Assembly (NCBI GenBank): GCA_951406725.2
Contig: OX597818.1
Location: 125,302,001 to 125,366,000, forward strand
From: Octopus vulgaris
Lineage: Eukaryota
Direction of reading: 5' to 3'
Length of the DNA stretch: 64,000 nucleotides
Under the pieces are notes generated by a model. It saw only the letters and a program-made list of their open reading frames with translations, was not told the origin of the DNA and searched no databases. Made by a program: the position numbers and the translations under genes. Shown here one piece after another: positions 41,516 to 56,040 of the stretch; position 1 is the stretch's first letter; the number at the start of each line of letters is the position of its first letter.

Positions 41516-42400
41516 AATAATTACACCTTGAATTCTACGAGGTATGGACTCGTACAAAGTTTGAATTGTTTCCAAATGAATTTTTGTCCATTCTTCAGCT
41601 CCAGTCTCCAGTTCTTGTAGTGACGATGGTGGAGAATATCGACTCCTTACTTGCTTTTCTAAAATGCATCTTAAATGTTCAATAATATTGAAATCTGGGG
41701 ACAGTAGTGGTTAGATAAGATGTTCAACTTCCCAAGAATTCTCCTCGTGCCATTCAGCAACAACGTTACCTGTGTAAATTGGTGCATTATCATCGTGCAA
41801 GATTGCGTTTCCCTCCGGAAACAGTTCCACGACCATAGCATGAATTTGATCAGTTAAAATGCTTAAATAGTCTTGACTATTAATTTTGCCATGAAGGGAA
41901 ACCATTGGGCCGACGGATTTCCGAGATATAGCCGCCCAGATCATCACAGATCCTCTTCCATGTTTAACAGTTGGAAGAAAGCAGTCTGGCTCAAATGCTT
42001 CTTTTGGCTGTCCCCACACTTGTATTCGGCCGGTGGTTGGAAATAAGGTAAAAGATGACTCATCCGAAAAAATAACATTCTTTCACTGCTCTAGGGACCA
42101 ATTCTGTAGGTTTTTTCTCCGCTCTAAACGCTTTGCAACGTTTATTTTGAAAGTAGTGGTTTTCTGATTGCAGCCCTCTCGTGAAATTCGGTTTTGTGCA
42201 GCTCCGCGACAGCTGTTTTTGTGGAAACTCGGTTCTCGAGGTGGTCATTAAGCTCTGCAGTAATTTTAGGAGCTGTACTTTTGTGATCCTTTCTAACAAT
42301 TGGCGTAAGATTAGCTACAGATTTTTGCAGTCAGTTGTGGAATGCGGCATATTCATATTGTTTAGCTTATTATTTTGTGATATTTGTGTCTGAGATGTAA
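41516..42400 (-). pseudogene. Tc1 transposase relic (second family)
   Basis: PTVKHGRGSVMIWAAIS and ILHDDNAPIYT, followed by a PDFNIIEHL-like segment; multiple frameshifts. Confidence 0.85.
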
Positions 42401-42854
42401 GTGTTTTCAAGTATTTTGGAAAATAAACTGGTATTAATAACTAAAGGATAATACTGGAATTGAAAGACTACATAGACATGCAAGGGGCAAAGCTTGTTGC
42501 TTAGGCAAACTTCAACAGTTCCATTTCCTATCGCAAAATGGAAAACCACGTTCACATACCCGGGTACAAATAAAACACACCCAGAGCATTACTGCAACAG
42601 CGTTCTAAAACATTATCTCCCTTTCTCAACTGAGACAAGCACGAGGAACACATACATACACAAATAGTTACCACACTCAATAATAACCTCACAAGCATCA
42701 AACATTACGTAGGGATGCACATCACCAGAGATGGAGTGGATTAGCAGTCACGGTCTGAGTGAATCCATTATGGCTATCTCCATCACGGACTCTACAAGAA
42801 TCTACTGCGTGCAAGAATTTGTATGTAAGCATATTATATTAAATATATAGAGAG

Positions 42855-43084
42855 GGCGGCGAGCTAGCAGAAACGTTAGCACGCCGGGCGAAATGCGTAG
42901 CCGTATTTAGTCTGCCGTTACGTTCTGAGTTCAAATTCCGCCGAGGTGGACTTTGTCTTTCATCCTTTTAGGGTCGATAAATTAAATACCACTTACGCCT
43001 GGGGTCTATATAATCGACTTAATCCGTTTGTCTGTCCGTGTTTGTCCCCTCTGTGTTTAGCCCCTTGTGGGTAGTAAAGAAATA
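42855..43084 (+). mobile_element. SINE family A monomer with probable TSD
   Basis: Full head to tail; TATATTAAATATATA on both sides. Confidence 0.88.
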
Positions 43085-43877
43085 TATATTAAATATATAT
43101 AACAAAATTTTCTATAAATACCGCTTAGAGACAGAATTTTTCTCACGGGGTGGAAAGAGGGGTTTTGGAAAATTCACATGATCTAACTTTTTTCCCCTCA
43201 TAACTTTCAGGAAGATGGGTATCCTTTAATGAAAATTTATACAAATCCCTTTCAAACGGTATAGATTAAGATCAAAAAGAAATTTGTGGGGAAACTTTTT
43301 TCAGGGATTTCCCTCATTTCTTTAAAACCACAGCCTTCGAAATGATGGGGTGAATGTTGGGGCGTCTTTGTATGAAAAAAGTTTTGCAAACTCTTTTTTT
43401 ACACTCTTCCTTCATCATCTCACACTCCGGACCTATTTTAGCCATTTTAATTTTTTTTGCATTTCAAAACCATGGGAAGAGCATTTTCGGTAAAAAAAAT
43501 TTTTTTAATTGTTAATATTTTCAGAGGGAAAAGTGAGTGATTTAAGGGCGATTTGGCTGTTGTTTCTAGCATATCTAAAGACAAACATCCTCGTTTCTTT
43601 ATCATCTCGCCCGTATGGAGGGTTTTCAATATCCCACCCCCATATAAATACATTCATATGCTATAAAAAAGAAAATTCGAGAAATTATGAATTTTTTGCA
43701 ACCCCACTCCCTGTCCCCGATTGTTTTTGTTTAGAAATTAAAATATTGGAGAGCCTGAGAAGGTCATTGCTGGCATTTATCCACAGTGACAAAACTTCGC
43801 AAAAGTAATGCAGCACGAGGTTTTGTCAGTGATTTTATTATTTTTATTATTACGAGGTTTTGTCAGTGAACAGCAAA

Positions 43878-43910
<33 letters not shown>

Positions 43911-45231
43911 ACACATTCATTGCCTTTCATTTGAGTGTATGTGTGCGCGAGTGCATCACTGTTGAAGTCGCTCGTTCTACTTGTTTGTGTGTATATTGGC
44001 TTAGTGGTACAGAGTGTTTGGAAACTGCGAATAAGGTGCAAGTTTCGAGTACTTGTCGGTAACTTTTTTCTCCTCGTCTTCTGATAGTAACTACCTAACT
44101 TTCTAGGCTCTTCTCACAGCTAACCCGCGTTCAAAAGTTATACGGGTATTTTAAAATTTTTGATTCAATAAATAATAAATACATTAACAGAATTATAAAT
44201 AATAAATTACGTGTACATTAATAGAATAAACTGTCGGTTTTCTAAATAGCGAATGAAAACTTAAAAGAGAAAGTGAGAGACTTTACAAATGAGAATGCAA
44301 TACTCCGCAGTGAATTCAATGAATATTTAAATTTGTGAATTGGACGCAGTGTATGCAATGAACATTTAAATTTGCGAGAAAATTGAAGTTTAAAAAATTC
44401 GAGAAACGTGAGAAATGGAAATTATAGGAAATTTCTTAGAACATGAACTTATAAAAATATTTCCAGACGGCCAACTCTTTAATAATTGCTTTCTTTTATT
44501 ACTTTTAGTAATTGTTACATACCTAATTAATAAGCAACTTTCTTCATTATGGTATAGATGTAAGCATGACGGAGGTCGTTGAGCTTTATAAAATATTTAT
44601 TCAAGAATGAAGGTATAAACAATTTTTCTTGACAAGATTCACACTCGGTGGTTTCGTTTCCATTTAATGTTTTTGCATTTGTATTTTTATTTCAAGTGAA
44701 TATAAAACAGTTATAAAATATGTACATTTTTTATAAAATAGTATAAAAGAAAATATGAACAAAAAAAATAATGATACGAAGAATTAGTCAATAAATATTT
44801 TTCAAAAAAATATGGCGACATGACATGAAAATACTGTTTTGGAATGTTACAAGTCAGAAAATAGATATTTCCAAATATAATATGATTTTTATTTCTTAAA
44901 CTATATTTCTTTAAGGAGGTGTTATTTTAGTAGTGCGCTCACAGATGTCTGTTGTAGCTAAGCAATTAAGAAAGCACAAGGTGAATTTAGCAAAGAAGTT
45001 GTTAAAATAAATTCGAGTACGAGATGATGATAAATTGAAATTATAGCAATAATGAAGTGAGGAATGAATGTAATCTTACGATTTATGAGGGACAACTTTC
45101 AGACATGCTTTAGTCGTATTAGGGCTCACCAGCAAAGTATAGTCTTACAGTCGGTGGCAGTTAGTTGATAAGCATATATGTGTGTATCTGTGTATACATA
45201 CATACATACATATATATATATACATACTTAT

Positions 45232-45265
<34 letters not shown>

Positions 45266-45303
45266 GTATACACACACACACACACATATATATATATACC
45301 TAA

Positions 45304-45336
<33 letters not shown>

Positions 45337-45369
45337 CAGGCAGAAGACAAATAGATAGATAGATAGATA

Positions 45370-45417
<48 letters not shown>

Positions 45418-45799
45418 AGGGACGTTGTATCTAAAAAGACGGATAGGAGGAATATATGCAAGGACACCTTCTACATAAAAAAAAAATCATGAAAGGTATG
45501 TTCTAACGGGTTTTTATGTGTGGATGTCTGATGACGTATGCGTATATAAAATATAAACAAGCATTCATTCACACACATAAACCAATAGACAGAGACTCGG
45601 CCCCCACCCACACCCCACCTCACCGCACCCACAGGAAGTCCTCTTTCTGTCATTCTTACGTCAGCGCACGCGCACACACATCGTTGCTTGTTTCTCTCAG
45701 GTGTTTATTTTTTATGATGCACAAATGTGCATACAGACTGAATATGCTTTTGAGATACTGGATGTAGACTTACGATGCAATAAAGACACACGCATAATG

Positions 45800-45841
<42 letters not shown>

Positions 45842-46086
45842 AAGAGAGACGGTGAAAGAAGTAAGAAAAGGAGATGTAGTTGGTGGGTTGGGTGGGCGTA
45901 TTGACAATATTTCTCATGCTTTCAGATAAATGTGTGGTAAAATATAATTTGCAGTTGATGTTTTTTTTTTTTTCCATTAATAGCCATCATAGAAGCGTTT
46001 TGAATAACACAGTTGGTGTAGAAGCAAGAACAACATAAACAACAACAACAACAAAAACAACAAGTAATAATAATGATAATAATAAT

Positions 46087-46131
<45 letters not shown>

Positions 46132-46213
46132 CGCACTAGTAGCAATACGGATTTCTTTTGATGGCATTAGTAAACAACAATTTGCGGCACAAATATATTG
46201 TATGTACAGATAA

Positions 46214-46267
<54 letters not shown>

Positions 46268-46750
46268 TGTTTTGTCTTGGTATAAAAAGATGGGCTACAG
46301 CAAATATTCTGCTCAATACCACAGATTTGCTTGTCAGTTGTTTGACCTTAACCAGTTGAGCATGTCCCTTAGTGGCTGACGATATGTGCATCTCTGACCA
46401 CGAGCAGAAGTAGTGGGGGAGCATCATAGCCATGTGTTGAGAGGGATTCTTTGGGGTTTGAATAGTTCACCTCTGGAAACATGGGTAGTTCTTTCAACAT
46501 CCTTAAACAACCCTTATTCAGGGACCGTTTGAGCGGGATGGGCTACTCAACCTGAAGAAAATTCTAACTGGGCCCCACCTGCAAGGTCATGTGCTGTTTA
46601 TCTTGATATGAGATCACCATGTCGCGCACATATGGTTGTGATGCATGTGCCTGGTGTACCTTTATCAGACGGGTAGTCATGATGGGTATATTGGGCTTCG
46701 TATATTTTACCCCAGTGTCACTTTGATGGCATGAACTGCTCTCTCACCAA
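46268..46750. mobile_element. ~480-bp non-coding insertion within a (TAA)n tract
   Basis: Higher-GC, higher-complexity block flanked on both sides by (TAA)n; no convincing ORF. Confidence 0.5.
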
Positions 46751-47189
46751 TAATAATAATAATAGTAATAGTAATAATAACGAAGACGTTCACGGATTAT
46801 GCATAATGAGAGACATAAGCAGGTTTCCAAAAAAACAAAACTATTTGATTGAGCCTGTAAATAAATTTTGGGTATTTCCCATAAAGTCTTTGTTAATTTG
46901 GAACAATTTTTATACATATTTACCCTAATGTACCTTATTCTTTTTTTAAAGAAAGGTAGCATTTTAATGTATTTATCAAGCAATGTATCATAGTTACTTT
47001 AGGAATATTAAGATGAAGATTAAATAAATTGTCGAAACAGAGATTTACTGATTGCAGTAGGGATTAACGTGGGGGGACTGGACATAGTTTTAAGAATTCT
47101 ATTTGGAATAAAAATGTTTACGGAAATTCTCTTTGATTCTGTTAAAAGTTATTCTTTTTATCTTGCTTCCAAGTGTATGTATATATTGG

Positions 47190-47402
47190 TTTCAGATTTT
47201 GGCACAAGGCCATCAATTTTGGAAGTGGGAGAAAGTCTATTAAATCGACCCCAGTGATCAACTGGTACTTGTTTCATCGACCCTGAAAGGATGACAAGCG
47301 AAGTCGACCTCGGTGGAATTTGAACTCAGAATGTAAGGACGGACGAAATGCCGCTAAGCACTTTGCCCGGCGTGCTGACGCTTCTGCCAGCTCGCCGCCT
47401 TA
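47190..47402 (-). mobile_element. SINE family A
   Basis: Ends TCTGCCAGCTCGCCGCCTT, the reverse complement of the head. Confidence 0.85.
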
Positions 47403-48256
47403 GTGTATGTATATATCAAAGGCGAGTGAGATATACATTTGGAACCCGCTTGACTATTGCTTTCTTGAGAACAATAAACGCAATGACCATCGTTACTTTT
47501 AATGAACCTAATACAGAACTGGACCTCTTATCCGGCTTCCAGAAATCCGTGCAACATGCTGTACTTTCTATTGAGTAAACAGACTCTGTTTTTGAAGCTG
47601 GTAAATTTGCATACGTTGCTTTAAAAATAGTTTTGTCCCTTACATTATCATGAGGATTGATAAAGATTAAATATATTCTACCTTTAGATGTGTATTAATT
47701 TGTACCTGTATCTGTAAAAGAGAATCCTATACTTTAATGTTCTTCGTTTAATTTTCATTCTACAATCATTATACTGCATACATGGTATAGTTTACGCTAT
47801 ATTTTAAGTATATATTTAAGCTGCCTCCAGAAAACCAGAAAATCCAGAAATCCAAGTCACTCGCGGTTCTAAGCTTGCCTGATATTCGGCACGGTACTAT
47901 ATTAATGTTCTTGAACAAATTCTAGCATTCGTTGTTCCCTCTTCTTCTTCAGAAAAAAAAAAAATAAATAAATAAATAAATAAAATAAAATAAAATAGAT
48001 AGATCCTTCAAAATGGTGCTATTTAAGAATAGAAATAAACTGAAGTACAATCCATTAAGCGGTTGGACATACTTGTTTTAAGCTGCAGCCATATATACCA
48101 AGGGTCATTTATTTAGTGATACAATTTGTGAGACAAAAAAAAAAAGAGAAAAGAAAAAAAGAAACTTCAATTCTTTATTAAAATTTCATAAACCTTCTTT
48201 GCTGGACAATAGATATTCCAGCAAGCGCTTTCAAAGACATACATAATGAGATGTAA

Positions 48257-48300
<44 letters not shown>

Positions 48301-49563
48301 TGGCAACATAGCTAATACTTAATGCTGTATTATAATCAATAAACCGACGTGACACAAGCTGAAAAAGAAACACCATGAGGTTGTTGACGGTAACTATTTA
48401 CAAGGCCAGGCAGAGTTTGATACAAAAAAAGGCGAGAAAGACGAGAATATTCTTTGAGTTCCCACAGAAGCGAAATCAAATATGCATCTTAAGTCTGTCA
48501 CAAGAAATTGACCAGAAATTGTTTCGATCTTTGTTGCGTATAAGTCACAGACAGTACAATAACTCCAGTTCGTCGCCGATGGATGTCAGCTCGTCACGGT
48601 ATTAATTCACAGCTGATATTGAAAAGGCATTTTCAGCTGAGTAGATTTAAGTAACGTGAAGTGATCCATTCAAGAACTCAAGGCATCACCATCTCTAGGA
48701 ATTGAAAGCACAATCTTACGATCGGGAGTCTGACATATGTAACGATTAGGCCACGCAGCCTCCACAAGGTACAAAGGCAAAGACACATACTAAGACAAAA
48801 AATAAAGTACCAGATTGAAATATTCACAGGGTTCGATATGATCAGCTAAAACATTTGATGATTATGGAAATGGTAGACGGTTTCATGTATGAGATGACAT
48901 AATATAAAAAAAGGAGACTTGGGAGGTTTTCTCAGAACTATACTAATTTAGAAATTAGGACGAGATGAAAATAAAATAAAATAAAATAAAATAAAATAAA
49001 ATAAAATGGAATAAAATAAATGACTATGCTAGTAGAATAATATGTGCTCACTAATTACATGGCAATAAATGGATTAGTGTCAGTGTGTACGTGTGTATAT
49101 GTGTATTCGAATATATGTATATATGTGCGTGTGTGTATATACACGTGCAATACACTCACTCATATACATACATACATACATACATACATACATACATACA
49201 TACATACATACATACATACATAATGCACAAACACATCTAAATTCGGTTTTTATAATAACATATTAGATAATGCGAAACGATTTTCTGCTTATCAAGTAAT
49301 TACAATTTCCACATATGTTATTAGCGACACTGTACCAACCCACTTCGTGGGGAATTGGACATTGTGAGAAAAAAATCCCCTAAACCCCACAAACAACAAC
49401 ATCAGCAACAACAAAAGCCTTAAAACATTGTGCGCGTGTGTGAATGAATTAAATGATATATATGTGTACATATACATATATACTCAATTACAAAATGATA
49501 TATACGTAATATATAATATAAATATATGATATAAATATATACACATGTATGCATATATATGTA

Positions 49564-49615
<52 letters not shown>

Positions 49616-49792
49616 GTGGATCCATTGTGATGGAATCCTAGAATGAAGGGTTGGAATAGGGAAAGACAAGTTTGACAGGGGTTGTGTGGGAGAAGTACAT
49701 TAATTACTAGTTTATGGAAATACACTGCGATTTTACCAAGAAACCCTTATTCTAATAAATTTCTTCATTCAACCACACACACACAGTTGCGT

Positions 49793-49853
<61 letters not shown>

Positions 49854-49925
49854 TACACCTTTAAACATTTATATCTACACTGATATGCATACATGCGTAT
49901 ATGTATGTTCGCGTGTATATGTATA

Positions 49926-49970
<45 letters not shown>

Positions 49971-50002
49971 GTGTGTGTGTGTGTACATATACATATACAC
50001 GC

Positions 50003-50045
<43 letters not shown>

Positions 50046-50949
50046 CTTGTGTGTACAATATATATATATATATATATATATGCACGCATATCGTACATGG
50101 ACACACAATATATACATACAAGTCTTCCTCTTACGCATTCACAAGTTCATATATTATTAGCAACATACATGAAGAAAATAGAACTAAATAAAGCACCATT
50201 CATTGAAAAATATTATCTCAAAAGATGGCCGCTATCGGCATACTTGCTAATGGCGTCATAACCTTCCTTCTGTAAATTGAAACTTTTCGTGTATATTTAT
50301 ATACATGTTCGTGCATTACTTTTAAATAGTAGTACATATTTTCTTGTGCAGTCATTATATTTTCAATTTATTTTAAATTTAAATTTTAATGAAAAATTTA
50401 CTTAATTTTGGATGTTTGTGTCCTACATTTAATCTTTTCTTAATTATTTAATTGATTAAATTTTTTTTGGTAATTTTTTTTTTTTTCATTATTAAAATTC
50501 TACAACCTGTTTTTAGAATATGTTCAGAAAATAAAAATGTAAGAATGCATTAAGTGTGGTAGATCTCCGTCATTCGATGGTGAGTTTGTTTGATTTAGTT
50601 GTTTGATTATTTGAATTAACTGCTCCTGAATTAATGCATAAGTGACTTGTACTCTTAACGAAATTCTATCAGAATCCGCGCGAGCGAGGCGGTACCCTTT
50701 TGTATTAAATGAACAATCCATCCGAGGTGCTTATACTTGGTTACCATTGATTAAAGTTTACTCGCGATATCTGGGTCAACTAAAGAAAGTGACATTTGCC
50801 GAAGAAGCATCTCAGAAGGAGCGAACCTAGAATCTCGGGAATGGGAAGTGAAATTTTTAACCATTCAGTCATACTGCGCTTACTTTGCATAGGTAAACAG
50901 AAGAAAATAATTTTCGAATCGGAAATCTTATTTTATTATCGTTTGTCTT

Positions 50950-51356
50950 TGACTTGCTTCTGTCATTGAGGGCAGTCATGATGGGACACCATCTTGAAAA
51001 GTTTTAGCTGAAAAAATCGACCCCAAGGTTTAATTATTTACTTTTATAAGCCCAGTGATTATTCTATCAGTGTGTTATGCCGAACCGTTAAGTTACGGGA
51101 CGCAAACAAACCAAAACTGGTTGTTAAGCGGTGATAGAGGACAAACACAAAGACACATACACACACACATAGGTATATACACATATATATATATACAACA
51201 GGCTTCTCTGTTTCCTTCAACCATATCCATACAGAAGGCTTTGGATCGGCCCAGGGCAATAGTAGGAGACATCTACTCAAGTTACCATGTAGTTGAACTG
51301 AACCTGAAACCATGTGGTTGGGAAGCAAACTTATTACCACACAGCCACGCCTGCGC
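50950..51356 (-). mobile_element. SINE family B, diverged
   Basis: TTACCACACAGCCACGCCTGCGC head on minus strand plus tail remnants. Confidence 0.75.
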
Positions 51357-51429
51357 TTAATTAAAACAATCGCTAATATGGTGGGGTGAACCAACGATAT
51401 TAGTAATTAATAATATTTGGCTAGTACAA

Positions 51430-51645
51430 AGTAGTGAACTAACAGAATCGTTAGCACGCTGGTCATAGTGCTTAGCGGCATTTTGTCCGTCTTTACGTTC
51501 AGAGATCAAATTCCGCCGCAGTCGACTCTACCTTTCATCCTTTCGGGAGCTATAAAATAAGTATCAGTCAAGCACTGGGGTCGATGTAATTGACTTAATC
51601 CCTTCTCCCGAAATTGCTGGCCTTGTGCCAAATATTGAAATCAAT
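51430..51645 (+). mobile_element. SINE family A, diverged
   Basis: CAGAATCGTTAGCACG...CAAATTCCGCCG...CCTTTCATCCTTTCGGG. Confidence 0.78.
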
Positions 51646-51971
51646 ATTTGCTTAGTACTACTTTCATGTACCTATGAAGAATAAAGTGTAAAGTCGCTCC
51701 TGGATATACCTGAACTCAGAACGTAGATGGTTATAATTCCAAATACTCTTTCAATAAAACGATTTTTAAAAAATGCAGACACAAAGCCAGTATTTGACTA
51801 ATGTTAATTGTATCGACCCTGAAGATCAAGGTTGGAAATTTGGGTTGGGATAGTCGATCATACCGGCACTAAAAGGATAAAAGGCTAAGTCGACCTCGGC
51901 AGCATTTGAACGGAAGAAATGCCACTAAGCATTTTGTCCGGCACAAAATAAGGCGCTGATAACGTGCTGCC

Positions 51972-52087
<116 letters not shown>

Positions 52088-52354
52088 AAGAAGAAGAAGA
52101 AGACAAACAAGGATTTCAAGTGTTTTTAGTTATTGTTTTTTCTTTTTGACATTTGCTCAAGACTGAGAATTTATATACGAGGGAAAGGGCGAGTGTGTAA
52201 CGAAAAGAATATAATCGACTTTAATATTTCATTGCTACTAATATCGATCACGGAGGGATCGGAGGACTAATTAAACATTTGTATTAAATGGATTTGGGAT
52301 GTAATACTGAGAAAAAAAAGTGTTTGGCACACTATTTAAACTGTAGTAGTAGTA

Positions 52355-52414
<60 letters not shown>

Positions 52415-52884
52415 GCGATAATAATATGATGACAAAGTGTTGAAATGCAGTTGAAAAATCTTACAGTTACCCATGTACACTTCTTGATGTGCGCATTCGC
52501 ACGCATGATTTGTATAGAAATATATAAACAGACACATACTTATATGGATACATGCAAACATAACGTTTGCTATAAATCAATTTACTCTCTCATTCTGTGA
52601 TTAAAAAAAAAAATACCCAACAGTACTTCAGCCTGAAGATGGGACTGTGGAGATCTAGACATGTTAATGACTGATTGTTGAAATTGAATTTGTTTTGAAA
52701 GGAAACTACCAGGATAATAAGAAAATTGAGAAAAACAAAATCCTTGATAAAAAATTTAAGTACTGTAGACGGTTATGTTTTCAAAATGTTTAAAAAAAAA
52801 AGGGTGTCCTGACTTATACAAATATGTGTGTATGCTCTTGTATTTGCGAGCGTGTATATACATACATACATACATGCATATATA

Positions 52885-53275
52885 TCTTTATATATAAAAC
52901 TGTAGTTGTGTGAGTGTCTGTCCCCTTCGATTTAGATTCCTAACTACTCCCACATTTTGCGGTGCAGTTTAACCAAAACCGGGTATCTTATAGTCGTAAT
53001 TCATATCGAGCCCTTCTGGGTATTAGCGCGCGTCTACGATGAGTCTCCGATTTTTAAAATAATTTACCATCATTTTTTTCCATTTTCATGCATATTTTTT
53101 TAAAGGGAAGTAACTCTCTAAAAATGTCTACGATGAGTCAACGATTTAAAAAAAAATTTACCATCATATTTTTTCCATTTTTAATGCATTTTTTGCTATT
53201 TTTTGGCTATAACTCTCTAAAAATGCTGTATAGTTATTTCCCTTACAAACCCGAGCAACGCCGGGCGATACTGCT
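52885..53275 (+). mobile_element. Non-autonomous Helitron-like element with a different 5' half and internal duplication
   Basis: A|TCTTTATATATAAAACTG...; same last ~85 nt as 8507-8739 but final AG missing; GTCTACGATGAGTC...AATTTACCATCAT repeated at ~53032 and ~53126. Confidence 0.75.
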
Positions 53276-53711
53276 TTTCCTTTTTACTTGTTCCATTAAA
53301 TACAGGAGTGTGTTCAAGATTTATTTTTTAAAATTCTAAATAATTGCTATTTTCGTGATTTTCTTTTTGTTTTTCTTTTTACAGTTAATTTGAAATAATC
53401 TACTTCTTAAATTTATATTCGAAGTTTCCACATATTAGGTCTAATTATCAAGAATTGTATATAATTAGCAGATAAGAAATGACAAAGATACCAAATATAT
53501 ACAATTCTTGGAAATGAGACTGTGAATGTCTAGAAACGTCTAATATCAATTTAAGAACTTTGTTGCCATAAATTAACTGTAAAAGTATTGATAAGAAAAT
53601 GTGAAGAATCTAAAGTATAAACATAAACTTGAACACAGTCGTGTATTTAATAAACCACAAGCACATGCCCACTAACAAACATATGTGTGTGTATGCGTAT
53701 GTGTGTGTTTA

Positions 53712-53780
<69 letters not shown>

Positions 53781-53903
53781 AACAAGTGTTCATACACATT
53801 CGGTATCATTTACCTAAAGCAACATTCAAAAACTCTTACATATATAATTGGGTAAATGTATGGTATGTATGTATGCGTATATATATATACATATATACAT
53901 GTG

Positions 53904-53993
<90 letters not shown>

Positions 53994-54243
53994 CGTACAT
54001 ATATATATATATATACATATATACATATATACATATATATATACATATATATGCAAGCATATTCGTAAATATATGTAATGCACATATAGAAATTTATGCA
54101 ATTGTAAATTTTTATGTCTACCAGCACCACTTTTGTTCGCGAGTGGAGGGTGCATATATATCTGAGTGTTTGTTTTGTCTGTGTATATATTCGTGTGTAC
54201 GTGTCTGAGTATGTGTGTACATACTTACATATGCAAGTTCATA

Positions 54244-54296
<53 letters not shown>

Positions 54297-54618
54297 TATA
54301 TGCATATATTAAATGATGTATATGTATATATGCGTATATACATATACATGCTTATATACATATACATATACCTATTTTGTTTTATGTGATTGTAAAACTG
54401 CGTGTCTTCTACCTCAACATATATATGTGTGTGTTTGTGTATGTGTGCGTGTGTGTGTGCAGGTGTGCGAGTGTGTGTGTATGTGCACACGCGTGCGTAT
54501 TTGTGTGAATGCATGTCATTCATATGAGTAGGTCAATGTATATCATCTTCGTTATTAAACTTATTTCATTCAATTGAGTACTTCATTTAAAGAAGCCATT
54601 TGTCATTTATGCTTCATG

Positions 54619-54671
<53 letters not shown>

Positions 54672-54759
54672 CCATTGCACGGTTTTTGTAATGTTTGATT
54701 CATTTTCGTCTCATGTCACGTTTGAAATGTGACGGAGCCCTCGTCTCGTTCTTCTCTTG

Positions 54760-54810
<51 letters not shown>

Positions 54811-54835
54811 ATATGTATATGTATGTATGTGTATA

Positions 54836-54896
<61 letters not shown>

Positions 54897-54906
54897 ATAC
54901 ATACAT

Positions 54907-54968
<62 letters not shown>

Positions 54969-55009
54969 ACTTCATTTTGTATTTTTTTTTGTATTAATGA
55001 CTGTCATAA

Positions 55010-55015
55010 TTTATT
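55010..55015 (-). promoter_or_regulatory. Candidate polyadenylation signal AATAAA for the rost-like gene
   Basis: TTTATT on plus strand, ~60 nt past the stop; weak in AT-rich DNA. Confidence 0.3.
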
Positions 55016-55077
55016 GTAATTGTTGTTACATTTTTTTATATTTGTTCTTTTTTGCTCTCTTTATACGTCGTTTGTGT

Positions 55078-56040
55078 TTATACGTCGCACGTGCTGAATG
55101 AACTTGTGGAATCTAAACGTGCAGAACGCCCAAAGACAAGTGAGCGCAATTTATAGAAGAGGAAGTGGGTGATTTGGAGGATGGGTGTCACGACGAAGAC
55201 GAGCAAGACAACCAAGATGAGACATTTTAACGGGTGGTTCCAGTCAAGCATTCCTTCGTAGATGACGTTACGTTTCGGATCGTACGACCAGTAACTGATG
55301 TTGAAAACCATGTAGAGGAGGCCGTACAGCATCGGATAGAGGGCGTGCACCAAACGAACGGGGAAAGAACTGAGGGCGACTTCCATTAGTACCAAAAGCG
55401 TATTGAGGCCGTGTATGCTTAGGTCCTCAAACGAGATACCCAAGCTAGATTTCTTGTCTTCGGGACTAAGATTCGGATAAACGGCTCCGAAGAATACCAG
55501 CGTGACTACAATGGCCGACACGAAACTGACATTGTAGAACATCCACGAGAGTTTCATGTACCACGTGGTCTGATCAACTTTACCCACGCACATTGCCGTT
55601 TCCATACTGAGCTGTGTGCCGAATACTGGTTGTTCGGTGTCTTCATCTGGGGCACCGTTCGTGTTTAGTTGGACAGTCACTGTAGGTTGGTCTTGTTGTT
55701 GTTGTTGTTGTTCTTGCTGTTGTTGCAGCTGTTGCTGTTGTTGTTGTTGCTGCTTTTGGTCGCTCTTTTTGTGCTTGCGTGGACGTGCAACAACGTTGAT
55801 GTAATTTGAAACTTCCGGATCTCCACGACAGGAACGACATTTCCAATAGACAGCAACCACCGCTGCAATGTTGAAATGTAGCATAAGGATGATATAGGCC
55901 CAAGTGGTGAGGTAGGCCATTACATTATGGTCAGTATCTGGGTCATTGGTGGTGGCAATTATGTAGTTGATTAGGCAGGCGATGGTAAACAGAGCAGTCA
56001 GCACCCGATAGATCACGAACACATTGCTCAGTCGATGCCA
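55078..56040 (-). CDS. rost: Rolling stone-like multi-pass membrane protein, last coding exon (start exon not located)
   Basis: Polypyrimidine tract plus AG acceptor (TTTTTCTTTCTCTTTTCAG, AG at 56042-41), phase 0, reading WHRLSNVFVIYRVL... to TAA. Motifs YLTTW, WYMKLSWMFYN, HGLN, PVRLVH, LYMVF and YxxxLDWNHP; about six hydrophobic segments; higher GC than flanks. Confidence 0.88.
   Translation of the reverse strand, partial: WHRLSNVFVIYRVLTALFTIACLINYIIATTNDPDTDHNVMAYLTTWAYIILMLHFNIAAVVAVYWKCRSCRGDPEVSNYINVVARPRKHKKSDQKQQQQQQQQLQQQQEQQQQQQDQPTVTVQLNTNGAPDEDTEQPVFGTQLSMETAMCVGKVDQTTWYMKLSWMFYNVSFVSAIVVTLVFFGAVYPNLSPEDKKSSLGISFEDLSIHGLNTLLVLMEVALSSFPVRLVHALYPMLYGLLYMVFNISYWSYDPKRNVIYEGMLDWNHPLKCLILVVLLVFVVTPILQITHFLFYKLRSLVFGRSARLDSTSSFSTCDV

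Noticed and set aside
43100-44500. Non-repetitive block resembling a DNA-transposon interior
   Set aside because: No termini, TSD or coding motif could be identified by eye.
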